Source: Bugula neritina
Lineage: Eukaryota; Animalia; Bryozoa
DNA length: 64,000 nt
Reading direction: 5' to 3'
Assembly: GCA_964035545.1 (NCBI GenBank)
Contig: OZ037767.1
Coordinates: 4,108,707-4,172,706 of the forward strand
Shown here: positions 50,001-63,500 of the stretch, piece after piece
Layout of the letters: each line of letters starts with the position of its first letter
Numbering within the stretch: the first letter of the stretch is position 1
The notes under the pieces: generated by a model
The model's input: only the letters and a program-made list of their open reading frames with translations
Told to the model about the DNA's origin: nothing
Database searches by the model: none
Program-made: the position numbers and the translations under genes

Positions 50001-52168
50001 TAAAATGTTGTTGCAAAATTCATGCACAGCAAACATTTCCAATAAATTATCTTCTCTTTACCTACTTACCATACAAGGTCATAGCTCCTGAGAATGGAAA
50101 GTTATTAAAGAATAGCCTAAGCACCACTGGAACAACTAGTAAACCTGCACCAGCTCCCGCAGTACTTAACCCTATAGCCAGTGCCTTCTTCTTGTTAAAA
50201 TAAGGACCAGAAGCTGTGTAGGTGGAGAGATTGATCATGCCATTTCCTAAACCTGTTGGAATAAAATATTACATAATATTATCTGAAGTTGTTTACACAA
50301 AATCAAAAAGCTATTACAAAAGGAATTAAATTGAAATCATGGTGTATTTTTATTGACTACAACTTATTCCAACACTTTATATTAGAGAATAATTGTGTGT
50401 ATAACTCAAAATTAAAAACATTATATATGTTTTACCGGCACTTTTGAAGTTTAGTTGCCAAGTAGGATAAAACAATTTTCCTCTGTGAAATGTACGGAAC
50501 TTACCAAAGCCAATGCCGTAAACTGGATACATGTATTCGTAACTTGGAAGATATCCAAACACCAGAAGACTGACGGACATAAGAAGCACGCCACAGATGG
50601 ACAATGTTCTGTTAGAGGTCTTAGCTAATATGAATCCACATAGAGGTCCTGTAAATAAAAGACTAAATTATTACAAAGATTACTTTGCTACTTGACACTT
50701 TCTTCCTCTCTATTCATCACAGCTGTTATATCTTATTATCTAATTTTACACTTTTTCATTTTTATTTTATGCCTGAATTACAACATTGCTTAGCAGTCTT
50801 TCATCAATTATAATCTTGAGATTGGATCATATTTGTGCATTACATTATAAAGAGTTTTTGTCAAAAAAGTCAGAACACAAAGCTTGTTTCATACATTGCA
50901 AAAACTAACCAATAGCAGCAGTTATCAGTGAGTCATGGTTCTAGATATGATGTAATAGTTTGTATGAGGAAGCTTGGCATTGGCATTGTTTTAGCATTAG
51001 CATAATACAATAAATAATGCAATTTTAAACAGACAATCTAACATGAAGACCTGAAGAGTGCACTGACAGGAAGCAATGCTGTAGTATGAAATAATTAAGT
51101 TATTATGTAATAATATCCAATATAAAACATGTGTGTGTGTGTGTGCGTGCGCGTGGTGTGTGTGTGTGTGTGTGTGTGTGTGTCCTATCCTATTTTATAT
51201 GGATGTTGAAAAAAATGCTCAAGACTATAGTCTGTAAAAATTATTCACTATAACAATGATGCCTGTTTTATATATATTGTAGACAGCCACTCACCTGAAA
51301 CTCTACTTGTTAAGGTGCTGAGGCTAAATATCCATATTAGGGCTGTGACAGGTACATGTGGGAAAATTTCTATCAGCTCAACAAGAATGATGCCGGTGCT
51401 CTTCTCGCTGCCAGCAGTAAAGGAAAACAGACCACAACTAGCTGCAAGTAACACCAGCACATTTAGTTATAAAAAACTTGCAAGAGAACATAATATTATA
51501 ATACAAGTATTTGTTCAGATTCTCTGGGTTTAGATTTTTCAAACAAGCGCAGCACTAATAAAATTGAAAATATATAATATACCTATTTATTGTACGAAAT
51601 CATATTTTTTAAATTGAATTTCTGCTACAATGCGAATACAGTATAGTGATAGCTTGAGTAAATAGGTTTTAACAAGCTTTATGTTTTAATAAATTTAAGA
51701 AAAGATTTTAAAACTTATGTTTGACAAAGTTTTGTTGTTTAACGCAAATGCTAATAGTGTTGAACGAATGGTATAGTTAGTCAGGAGTGTAGAAAGGAAG
51801 GGGGAAGAGCAAAAAAGAGCAGAATAGAAAAATTATCATAATAATTAGTGAAATTAGGTTTGCAAAAAGCTTTCTGTACTTTTGGAAAAAATATGTAATT
51901 ACTAAAAGATATGAGTGGAATTACTTCAAATTTTGTTAAGCAAGTTTTAAACCTGATTTTACTTGCAGAACAAAACAGCTATCAGCAAAGCAACTTGTTC
52001 CCTTAATAAAATATAAAGTAAAATTTATACAAAAAAATACAATTTTATGATAAAAATTTTTACTTTTGAAAATGATTTGTGGTCAATAACTGTGTACTTA
52101 CCAAAAGCCACTACCCAAGCCCAGCCTTTATCAATTGGTAGCTCTTTTATTTGATTCTTTTTTTCCAT
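47066..52168 (-). CDS. Monocarboxylate transporter family (SLC16/MCT-like) MFS transporter, 518 aa
   Basis: complement(join(47066..47373,47702..47857,48256..48438,49052..49178,49426..49667,50070..50252,50505..50648,51295..51441,52102..52168)), all GT-AG, 1557 nt. Motifs PIDKGWAWVV (MCT PDGGWGW), YFNKKKALAIGLSTAGAG (MCT YF.K.R.LA.G.A.AG), LLRP after TM6, acidic central loop, GWLAD, GGIYDRT. Confidence 0.92.
47559..47702. repeat. Imperfect tandem duplication containing three copies of TATAAAACTTACC (donor site on the minus strand)
   Basis: Copies end at 47625, 47655 and 47702; CACTGTAAGTAT begins units at ~47559 and ~47634. Confidence 0.8.
48577..48638. repeat. 21 bp minisatellite x3 (GCTACCCTGCAGCACTGTGGT)
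   Basis: Head-to-tail copies with no spacers, in an MCT intron. Confidence 0.95.
51130..51183. repeat. (TG)n microsatellite
   Basis: Directly visible. Confidence 0.95.
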
Positions 52169-52879
52169 TTATAATTCAGATGATTGTAATCAAATTGCTG
52201 CAAAAATTTATGTTAGATATTATTGTATTATTAATTTAAAATTGATATTACATTACATATTATCATTAGTATTTTATTCTACTTAAATTGTATATGGTCA
52301 TATTAATATATTATATATTAAAATTATTATATTATTATATTTGTTAAATAAAGCAATAAATGTCTTTGCAGCTATAGATTATGACTTACAAAAGGATTTT
52401 ACTCTGCACTACACAGCTAAAGGGGAACAGCTTGACTGTATGTTATAATGGTTGATGTAAAGCTAAATTTTTAGTCTTTGGGTTTTTTTAATTTTTGATA
52501 ATTTTATCAACAAAAGCAATTTAGAAACTCAGTTTTAAACTGGCATCATATTTAATTCTTCTCATGAATAATAATAATTATATTATTACTATAAAGTGTA
52601 TTTACTGTGAATATTAAAATAAATGTACTCATTACTCATTAGCGTGTCTAAATGCTTCAGCAAGCAATTTTATGCAACTCAATTTTAAATCAATAAACTA
52701 AGGCTTTTTTTCAACATGAATCAAAACAGCTGTATTTTTTAATATTTCAATATAAATTAGTGATATAAGTTGAACATACAAATAAAACAGAATTTATTTT
52801 AATAAAAATTACAAGATAAGAAAATAAATATGAGCTATTTGCTAAATGTTATTTTAAATTAAATTAATTCACGCCTTAC

Positions 52880-52976
52880 CTTTTAAGACCAAGCTTTGTT
52901 CTGCAAGAAAGTGAATGAAACCAGAAAGGATACTGTATTCAGTGAACAACTTGTGTACAGTCACTTCTGTTATATA
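52880..52976 (-). promoter_or_regulatory. Putative TATA box (52976-52970) and non-coding first exon (~52945-52880) of the MCT gene
   Basis: TATATAA on the minus strand, donor AAG|GTAAGG at 52880/52879, and an acceptor TTTTGCAG at ~52198 just upstream of the ATG. Confidence 0.55.
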
Positions 52977-55900
52977 CCTAAGGAACAGGAAAATGAAGCA
53001 ACTACACACATGGCTGCTACCTAAGACACGTTTCCTGTAGCATTGCATTACTCACAGAAGACTGGTAAGGTTATTACAACACCGGTTTGGTTGTCCAACA
53101 GAAAGGTTTTTGAAGCAGCTCATTGAAATAAAATTTTGCTTCAAGGATCACTACGTTGCTGTTGTTTACTTGTGTAATTTAGTAGGATGTCTAACCCACC
53201 AATCAGAATTCGTTTTAGGAGCAGGGAAATCTTTCCTGTTAAAGGGTGGGGTGATGATTGTTACCATAAACTACTATAGCCTAATGAATTATATAATCAT
53301 GTCTATACTCGTGTGAAGCATGTATAACACGTGGTTTGCATGCTTTTGAAGTGTTGTGCGTCAAAGCGTGCTAACTCCTCTTACGGTGTTCCCATTGTAA
53401 ATGAGTAAAATCTGTTTTATAATCTTTGCTTTTTTATCAATACTGCATATCCTTGTATTGCATCAATGTCATTTCCTTCATCAAACTCGTGTATATCTTA
53501 ATTAAATTCCTATTCAAACAGTAAAATTATCTTGAGCTTTTATTGTTTATATATGTTCAAAGTAAAGTAATGAAATTTGATATTGATAGATCTTTGAACA
53601 AGATTTTGTAAAAAGCTATTAAGACTGCGTTGATAGTGTGATAAAAATTCTTATTTATTTTGTATTTCATAATATTTCATCTCAAATTATTGAAAAAAAA
53701 TTATTTCAAAACTAACTCGTTCAAATGAAACAAGTTTAAGAAATGCTACTAGTAACTTTATATCTTATTAAACCATCCGTTTTGTATTTATGTTATTTTG
53801 TATTTTGTTGATTGTTTGCAAAATTGTTTATCGGTAAGTGAAATATAAAATCTCTTTGAATTCTCTTATTTGTCAATTAAATATCTCACAAGGCACTTAG
53901 CTCTTTGGTAAATAGGTATTTAGCAACACCTTAACTTAGTCAACAAATGTTATTTTCAAAGCTGGCTTTACAAAAAAATAAATAAAGTAGGAATCTATCA
54001 GGCTAGTATTTTTCCAGTACTAATTTTTTTCATGTAAATGTAATTTTAAACTTATTCTTGTTTCAGTTCTAATTTCAAAAAATTACATAGAACAGATTTT
54101 ATATTAAATAAAGGTATATTTACTACCTATAATCTTTCATAGAGTTGCCATCACAAATAAAAACTAATACATTTAATGAAGCTATTTACTTTGCAAAAAT
54201 AACTTTGACTGCGTAATGAAATTAGGTGTGTTTACTTTATTTAGTACACACCGAATATATAAATTATCCTTTGCCTATAATTTTCATAAAAAAATAGCTG
54301 CTAACGTATATGTTTCCTGTTTTAAACTAATGGAATGTCAACAAATATAGTTTGTGCTTTTGCCATTTTGTTGCATTTCCTGTGCTTTTTTCGCTAAAGT
54401 TTAAGAATAAAACATGGGTTAACTTAGTAACAAGGTTTTCATCACCGTTAGTGAGCTGTATTCACATATCAAAAATAATCTATGTCATATAGTTTTGTAA
54501 ATGTTATTTTGTTATCCTAAAAATATTTCAGCTTATCTACATTCAACTCATCAAGATACCAATGTGTCTATGTAATAGTCATAATATGAGCCAAGTATAG
54601 CCGTTATGCAAGTACTGTGTTTTTGTGAGAAATCAGTCTTTTTCTAATACATATTTGAAATCAGCACATGCAACTACCCTAAATGACAATTCTTTTGGAA
54701 TTTCAAACCAGTTTGCCTTTTTGGTCCTAACTTGCTAATGGTGCTACTAAATAAATTACATATTTGTGGCAGTGGAACTAGTAGTAGAACAAACATGTAT
54801 GAAGTTTAATTTAAGCATTAGGTACAGAGTACGTGTTGGCAAACTCAAGTTGCATAAGCATGTTTACAAACATTAGTCATTACATGCCAATTATTGCATA
54901 TAAACTATAAACAATTAGCATAATTTCAAAAGAGTGTATAATTTTACTGATTTAAAGTTTTACCAAATGTTGTCATTGAAATAAATGACAAGTTTCATAA
55001 CTAGGTAGCAAAAAGCTTCGTTTGAAACATGTACTCAACTGCATTGCCTGTATTATCATAATGTACCATGAGCTTTAACACTCTTATTTTCTAACACCCT
55101 GCATGAACTACTCAATCCTATTGGTCCATTGTTAGGTGCAATAACCTAATCCAATTATAAGAAATGCTTCTGAAACTAAATAGCCTTTTTTATAATAGCC
55201 ACTCCTGTTTTCTAAAATTATAAGGAAACTGGTTTCTGTTTCCTCAATGATTTGTCTGGAACAACTGATTACAGGGAACATAAGTCAACCAATTGGGATG
55301 AATTACGTACCGAACTAATAATTGATTTTTAAACAAAGTTTAGTTATGTTTTTACAACACAGAGTGGGCACCATTTTTATTCAATTATTATTTTTGGCAA
55401 AAGCTCCACCAGAATTTCTTTGAGTTCAACTTTTTGTAATTTTAGTCAAATATAATTTTATTTTTATGACACAACTATTGTTATTTGTATTGTCATTTTT
55501 ATTGGCATTGTATAATAACATTTCAATATTTTTGTAAAAAAATCCCTTTAATGTAAAACAAACTAGAAAGCATAATTACAGTTTTACTGTTTGCTGAGAA
55601 TGCAGCAGTAAAGTTATAAATTCCAGCAATTACTTGTTGTGTGGGCTGTATCTACTCTGGCTAATAGAAATGACAGATTTCGCAATAAACACCAGTCAGC
55701 AACCATATTGATCTTAAATATTATGATTACTTAGCATTGTCTTTCAAGCTGTGGATAAATACTAATGTTGGAACGCCTTGCTAGGCATGTATACAATGTA
55801 TGATGCAATGTCTCAGTTTTACATTAGAATGTTTCAGTAATAATATTTTGAAGTGTCTGTTGTGTTTAGAGGTTCATTTGTTAATTCTTTACAGCTAGAC

Positions 55901-56278
55901 AAAGCTTCGAGATTTGGTAAAAAATACAAACTATTTTTCCAAGAAAAAGAACAATGCATTGGAATAATAGAGACAGTCACTGATTCCTACAAAATTTCTG
56001 TTTGTTGTAATATTTTATTTATTAGAAAGCATCTCAGCTATCTGAATCCCCTTATACTTCTGCATCTGCATGGTAGTCTATTTAAAATCTTTTAGACTCA
56101 AAATCCTATAATCCTCTGTAATGTTATCCATGACTCATAACCAACATTTTAGTTTTTATATAATAACCCCACCACCCCCCCCCCCACCTGAATTAAAAAT
56201 AATATCTTTAAGCTCAAAACTCAATTGATTTTAAAGTCACTATTCCCGTTAGAACTGATAATGGGAAGAGCTTTTTAA

Positions 56279-57046
56279 AGGATTGCTCTATCTTGTCTAA
56301 TAAATGGCCATTTAGGTCAAACACACATAATATTGTGTTTTTCTAAGCATGCATTGACAAAAAGCATTTGACCAAAGGTAGAAAAAGTTAGTTGAAGTTG
56401 AGGGTGTAGATTAGTAACAGCCAAAACGCCGGTTTTGAAATGAGTTGGGAAATGTGACGTAACAGCGCCAGCATTCCTGCTGGTCACGTGACTATACAAA
56501 TGAATAACTATAGAAATATGACTGTGAGATGTGATCTTTCAGCTCGTAATTTGTATATTTATAGAAGTGCAAATGTGAATTATCTCAACCTATAGTTTTT
56601 TGACATGTTAAATAACATGTATGTGATAACATTAGGCCATATTTTGCTTGTAAACATAGAAAAAAGCATTGCAAAAACATGCATTCTTTAGGATGAATGC
56701 CTGCGATTGATCTAAACTAGGTCAGATTGTGCAATATTACGGGCGCACCAAAGCTGACCTATATAGCGCACTGTAACTGCTTGAGCGTTATTGGTTGATG
56801 TTGCGCTCAGCAACCTTGAATACTAGCGTTATAGTTAGCACGTGCAGCATAGTTACTGGCGTTCACACGTCACGTATTAGGCTATTCTTTTTCATGGCTG
56901 AAAATTTTACCTCCCTCAAAATTGGAATTTTGAAAAGCTGTTTTCTAGGCATATATCCCTTTGCAAAGTCACAATTGTTTGCATACACATTAGATTATAG
57001 TTCATAATTATAATGTGATTGTAATAAACTAAGATAGAGCAATCCT
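56279..57046. mobile_element. Non-autonomous DNA transposon, Kolobok-like (768 bp)
   Basis: Perfect 16 bp TIRs AGGATTGCTCTATCTT / AAGATAGAGCAATCCT, TTAA on both sides (56275-56278, 57047-57050), RR...YY termini, no transposase ORF. Confidence 0.85.
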
Positions 57047-57084
57047 TTAAGCGGCTAAGGACGTTTTCTAATGTGACACAGGAG

Positions 57085-57183
57085 CAATTATGACTGAATG
57101 CTTATCTCTGGTGTTTGGCATCTAACCACTATGATCTTGTGTTTACTGGGCCTGTACTCTAACCACTATGCCACGGCTGCTCC
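57085..57183 (-). mobile_element. tRNA-derived SINE 5' relic
   Basis: Minus strand GGAGCAGCCGTGGCATAGTGGTTAGAG (A-box TGGCATAGTGG); B-box degenerate, apparently replaced by a repeat of CATAGTGGTTAGA. Confidence 0.45.
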
Positions 57184-59488
57184 ATAATCCCAATCTTAAA
57201 CTAAAAGTGTTATAAACTCAGCCAAGGCCCCCCCCCTCCCCTAAGCTCAGCTCAGTCTTGTACATGCATTTACTTTTTATCCTTTTAACATAGTTAGACA
57301 CGCCTCTTAAGATTGTTCCACACTTACAACTTCCATTCATTACAAACTGGTAACCTGTTGAAGCATACTAATGGACAGGTCTCTTAAGCAGGTAGACTGT
57401 GATAGGATGAGTAGTGTAGAGATACACCCTTATAGTAAATACAAGAAATAGGACGTATAGATCTCTAGTTCACTCTCATTGGTAGTGAGTAGTTTTATGT
57501 GAAAATTTCTAAGCTTCGATTTACAAACTTTTGTGCACTAAAGTGAAATATTTGCACAAGTATACAACTTCATTTTATGCTCTAAAAAATGCGACAAGCA
57601 ATGGCTAGCTTGACTAAATTGAATAACTGTGGAAGTATCTATAAACAGTTCACAGATATTTTATAACTTTCAACTCATTCAATACGTCAATCTAATAGGT
57701 CATGAAACCTGAGCTTCTATTCATCTTATTTAGCTAAGGGAGTGAAATCATGTCCCTTCCAAGGATTTTATTTTGCTGGCTCATACCAAAGTGTATCAGT
57801 ATTAAGATATTACCTCCAAATGTAAGAAAGAACCTTAACACCAACTGGCTTTGTTTCTAAGACATTCTATTCAGAGAAATTCTCTATAGAAGCATATAAT
57901 ATTATATAACAGTTATCCATGTTGCCAGTGTAACTTTATTATAACACAGGCTGTGTTATAATAAAGTCTAAATTTTTCAGCATACCACCTATAATTATTA
58001 TATTCATAAATCTAGAACTAACTAGTTCAAGCCTTTACAAGGTATGTATTTACATCAATACAGCATACTATTATATAACATAAGGGGTTTAATGCTATTG
58101 GTTATTAATAAATGTAATCTGTAAATCAGCAACCACTTGTCATGGGAAGCTATCTCAGTGCTGATGAAATATTCTAGCTTTTATCACCAGCTTCTATGTT
58201 TCAAATGGGTTAGTCTGATTGAGAAACTCCACGATCAATCCTGATGCTGAATTACAACTTAAACAATTCGCTTAAATTAGATTCGTTAGATATACTCAAA
58301 CTTCGGGTTGGATTTATTCAGATTTAAAAAAAAACATAGACGAATAAATGCTTAAATGGTTTTATGATTTATAAAGTTATAAAATATAACTGCTTGCCAG
58401 CAGTGTTTAGAATTACAATAGCTGTCAACTTAATAGTTTGAGCCTTGCAATGCTCTGGTTACAGAAAAAAAATATATAGATTTAACATTATTTGTAATTA
58501 TCTGAAAGAGTCGCGGCTAAGATAAATAAATTAATTTGGTTTTGTTATAAATGAAACTGCACTTTATCATAGGTTATAAGTTCTAGTCTGCATTATAAAG
58601 GTTATTGTTTACATTTTGTGACATAGTCACTATAACAAAAAATATCATTTGACTTTATCAGATGATTTGTTTCCATGCTTCAAATGAAAAATCTTCAATT
58701 CGCAGTGTGCAATGTGTCATGTAGAGAATGTAGAGCGTGCAAGGCGCTATTTATTTCTCTCCATCATTTCTGACACAGCTGTATATAAAATTATTAAAAT
58801 AAAGTTGATTTTTACGCTTGTAAATCACATGAATCAGTAGTACTACACTACAAACAACTTTTCTAATTTAAAATACGCAAATTGTTATTTTGTATTAATT
58901 ATATTATAGAAGTTATGGCGCATGGCTGTATTTATATAAACCAATGCAATACTCACAGTTTAAGGTGTAAGGTAGCAGAAGAATATTGCCTGTCTGTTAT
59001 TCAACATGGCCTTACAACTGCTTGAATTAAGTTTAGTTTACCCTCTCTGATCAAATTAAAAATTTCAGATAAAATACTTGATTAGATTTTATAAATATAA
59101 TTTAATAATTATAAGTACTTTGCCAACAAATTGCATTGTAAGTTGCTTGTAGTTATTTATGTTTATTTTTGTGAATAGAATTTCAAATATAGAGTATGGA
59201 AAACAAAGTAAAACCGAAAATGTGTTGCTAAGTGAATTGCTTGAAGGGAGTTTATTAAAGAACTATTTCAACATTTATAACTGGTTTGCATCAATATCTG
59301 TAGACTAAATTGCCTTGCATTATGATGACTAAGAGCTTTAATATTGATTAAAAAGAAAAAAATGACCAATTCAGAACTAGCTACAATAAATAGAGGACAA
59401 CATAGTCAATCTTCGTATTAGTGTTATGTGAATATGCGATAGTAGATAACTCCCATTGCTTCGAATAACTTAGAACAGCTGCTATATG

Positions 59489-59527
59489 AACTTTGAACCC
59501 TGAGTTAAACTTTGAACCCAGAGTTAT
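59489..59527. repeat. 19 bp tandem duplication in the GST 3' UTR
   Basis: AACTTTGAACCC(T/A)GAGTTA x2. Confidence 0.85.
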
Positions 59528-59549
59528 GTTCTCCCAACAGAATGATTAA

Positions 59550-60874
59550 TTAGATTCCCACTGAAGACGGAGCTCTTTCAGCCATGTGTTTCTTCATTCT
59601 TTCATCAGCTTCAAAATTAGCTGTGAATTCCTTAACCCATGGAGTAATAGTCATGATATCAGGTACTCCTAGCTTACAAGACTCGAGTGCTGCATATAGC
59701 CACACATCTCCTAGCTGGATCTACAAAAGGGATATGATTCGAATATTGTAAATATATGATTTAAAGAGTATTACAACTTGTGACAACTGACTTCTTTTAG
59801 GATGCGGTGTACTTCATTGGCAAATATTGTCAAGTAACTCTACTATATAATAGACAGAGTAATTACTTTTACAAAAGCAAATTTTGTACTTGAGTTTCAA
59901 AGCTATTTTAAAGTGCATAACTATGGCAACATTTAGTTAGGCGTTATGATTTACTTACATCATTTCCAACGATAAACTTTTTTCCTTTCTTATCGGCAAT
60001 AGATTGAATATAATTCAGATTTTTCACTATTTGCCCTTTGACCTCCTCCATGACCTTTGAAACATCTTCAGGTTCTGGTTTACTCTTAAATAACTTCCAG
60101 GTGTAGATTTTTTCTATGACTGCCTCGTAGAAGTCTTTCGTTACTTCCAAGACTAAATCATTCCAAGTTTCGTCCCAGCACCCTTCGCCAACTAGCCCTA
60201 ATAGATTGCATGTCACATTACTGCATATACGTGTTTCTTTCTCATTTATTCAAATATTTACACAGAACTTTTAGCTATTGGATGTTTTATTTCAGATTTT
60301 CTTTTTAATTAGACAGTCAGTATAGCCAATGCTCTTAGTGATCTATTCATTTTTATTATGAAAAATATGTATTTACAGAAAAAAGGAGGTATAAATACTA
60401 AAAAGTGATTGTTCATACCCAATCTTCTGGCGACGTGCCTAGCAATGACATTTGACTGGCACAGAACCTGGCCCTCTGTTTTAAGGGTTGGCAGTTGCTT
60501 CAATGGCTGTTCTAAACGTATATGCAAGTAAATAAATTACTGATATATACAGTACTTAGTCTATTTGAATAACCCAGTTGATCAATTTGATATGATATTT
60601 GATACACAATCCAATACAGTGTGTGTGCATGTGTGTTAGAGTTTTCGTGTGTAGCATATTGTATAACATCTTGTATAGTAAACTGTATAAACTCAATAAT
60701 TTTTACTATTGATTACTGAATACCAAATGATCGCTCACCTTCTTTAACAGCTGGCCAGTCAGCAAACGAAACGACCTGGTTGGTGAATTCCTTCTTGGCC
60801 ACTGCATACAGCATACGAATAGCCTCACCCCTGGCTCTGACGTCAAAGTATATGTAATGATCTTTTTCTGCCAT
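59550..60874 (-). CDS. Glutathione S-transferase, sigma-class-like (212 aa)
   Basis: complement(join(59550..59720,59959..60197,60419..60511,60739..60874)), GT-AG, 639 nt: MAEKDHYIYFDVRARGEAIR...DWPAVKE|EQPLKQLPTL...CQSNVIARHVARRL|GLVGEG...FIVGND|IQLGDVWLY...ERAPSSVGI*. Catalytic Tyr-Phe, W, QLP cis-Pro, QS motif, C-terminal GDV capping motif. Confidence 0.93.
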
Positions 60875-61225
60875 TTCTGTGTGGCGAGAGTAAAACATAT
60901 TTTATTATGAAGTGCAGTTGTATACAGTTACACCATTTCTACGCATACAGCATGGTCTTATAATGGCTTATTTTACAGATATTTTTAGCACTATTATAAT
61001 ATTATAGAACAATCATTGCAGCTGCATGATAAAATGATGTGAATGCTATATATATAAATTATCTTGTTTCATCAAACATCTCATTGTTATAAAAACATTT
61101 TATTTATTAGCTGTGAATAATTTTATAATAGTTATAGTTTATGATTCAATAATTAAAAATTGAATCGTGTTCAATTAATAAACCAATTTTCAACAAACTT
61201 TAATATAATTGAATAAACGTTTTAC

Positions 61226-61290
61226 CTGAATGTTAACAGTTCTTAGTTCTTTAATAGAGTAGCTTGTACAATAAACTTCTTTCACAGAAT
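61226..61290 (-). other. Putative non-coding first exon of the GST gene
   Basis: Donor CAG|GTAAAA at 61226/61225; the ATG exon starts 2 nt after an acceptor (CACACAG|AAATG), implying an upstream UTR exon. 5' end is a guess. Confidence 0.45.
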
Positions 61291-61686
61291 GCCGGCAATG
61301 GTTATGATGGCAGTTGTTATCACACTATACTGGGCATATTATCATACTTCTTGACCTACAAACATTATAGATTTGTTTGATCTAAAGATGATTAGAGCTG
61401 CTTATGCAGATAAGAATGTGTGCACACTAAGTTATTAGCAAAACCTGCTTGGGTTTAGGACAGTCTGTTTTCTATTAAAATAAGATAATGTAAATTTGTG
61501 ATATAGTTTAACTCTCTGCAACACTCTCTATCTATCACACTCTAACACATTAAAAAAAGACACAGTGTGAAAGCGAAAGTCAGAAATTCAGAAAAGTAGT
61601 AACTAATCACAATGCTACGAATGCAGTTTTTTTTGCTTACACTTTTCTAAATTGAATTGGGTTATCAGTAAAGATTCAAATATAAT

Positions 61687-63500
61687 TTATAATATAATCA
61701 GCCAAAACTTATGATAGTTATTGCTTTTAATAAATGCAGCTTTATGAGCATTTTTTGCTTTCAAAGATTTGATTCCACAGGTTTTATTAATCAACTCTAG
61801 CTTATATAATATAGTCAGTAGTAACACTGTAGCGTAGCACATCACCAAAATAGGTGTTGCCTCCCTTGCCTCCCATTGACAATATGTTTCAATGCTAAGA
61901 TAATGCAAGTTGGAATATATATCTAATTTTTGAGGTTTAAAGATTTTGAAATTGTGTTCACTTATATCTAACAGCTGTGAGCAAAATTTAATCAATGTAC
62001 ATAAATGTAAGGAGTTTTCTATTACAGACATTTTATGTTTTCATCATTTTTGCTAAAATGATTTTCATGTATCACTGTAACCATGCTCTCCCAGAGAATA
62101 AATGAGTTGTTATTGCTGATGTGTTATTTTATTATTCTAACCATCATCATAAAACTTCAAAGTAATTAACAATAATGGATAAAAAATATGCAAATATAAC
62201 TAAAATAATGTTTTATTCAAAGTACAAGTAATTTAACAAGAATCTCCATGCACAGAATTGAAATTAATTGAAATTAATTAATTAATTAATTTAATTTAAT
62301 TAAAATTGACATTAATAAATAAGCCTAAAAACATGATAAATAAAGCATACCTCTTTCACCTTCCCAGGAGTGAGTTAGTTAGAATATATATGTGTGTAGA
62401 TATCATATGAATCTAAGTTTGAAAGTACAAACCAAAGTTCTTGCTGAAGGTTTAAAACGGAACTGGTCCTTTTAGAAAACAGCTGAAATAATGGAATATA
62501 TTGATAATTCACCCTAATGCAACCTGTGACACCACAGTGGCATCTGGATTACACGCATCCTATTTCTATAGGAAATCTATTCTATTTCTATTTCTATTTC
62601 TTTTGTTATACAAGTCTTTCAATTTGTTTAATAAAAGGGACATATCCTATGCTTAAATATGTAGTAGCTACTAAATAAACAGCTCTGCAAACAAACAATT
62701 AGAAGAAAAAAGAAGCTTTATACCCTAGGGCCTAGAGCCTAGAAAATTGCAATCACCATTGGGTATAAATTGTTGAAATAGAACGTGATCATAAAGGTTA
62801 GTGGTAGATGGTGTTCCTTTCATTACAACACAAAGAGGATATTTGGGAAAATAATCACTAGTTTCTAATCTTCGTGTGGCTGCAAAATGTTTTGGAAACA
62901 GTTGCATGAATGAAACAACAACCATATATGTTAATGCAGATTGCAACCCAATTTCATCATATGCCAAAGTCATGGAAACGCAGTGAAAATAATCCGTTAA
63001 ATTTAGTCTAATTTTCGAGTTGACTCCCACCACTATGCACCATGAGAAGAATTAACAGTTGCTCAAATATTGCCACTATAACTGGCTAGCTGCATGTGGG
63101 AGTATTCAACTTTTATTAATAATTTTCATAAACTTACAATAACATAGACACTTGTTTGTTTAACATAATTTACCCACGTCTATTGCAGTTCATCTTGTCA
63201 ACATTTGCTATAATTCAAATTTATAACCACATTGCATTGCTGCTGAATATTGAACACATTGGCAGCACCGTTTGAGGTCAGCAAAAAGAGCCAGAAATGG
63301 TAATAATTGCAGAAGGAAAATCTGTAGGCAGTTGTCTTCTAAGAAGTTCTGAAGTTAGGATAAAATCCTTTGTTTTAAATATTCAACTGGCATATTTTCA
63401 AAAAGCATTCAAACAGGAATCCAGGCCTTTTTCATCAAACAAGATGATGTGATACATGTGTCCTGCATATTGACCTCCATTCAACAAAAGTTAATATTTA
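61687..63500 (-). other. Possible decayed coding sequence of unknown family
   Basis: Two ORFs over 100 aa (61687-62031, 62725-63033) plus stop-interrupted coding-like frames and a donor GAG|GTATGC at ~62350; no motif recognised. Confidence 0.2.

Noticed and set aside
57085-57183. Functional tRNA gene
   Set aside because: A-box only; no intact T-arm/B-box or acceptor stem.
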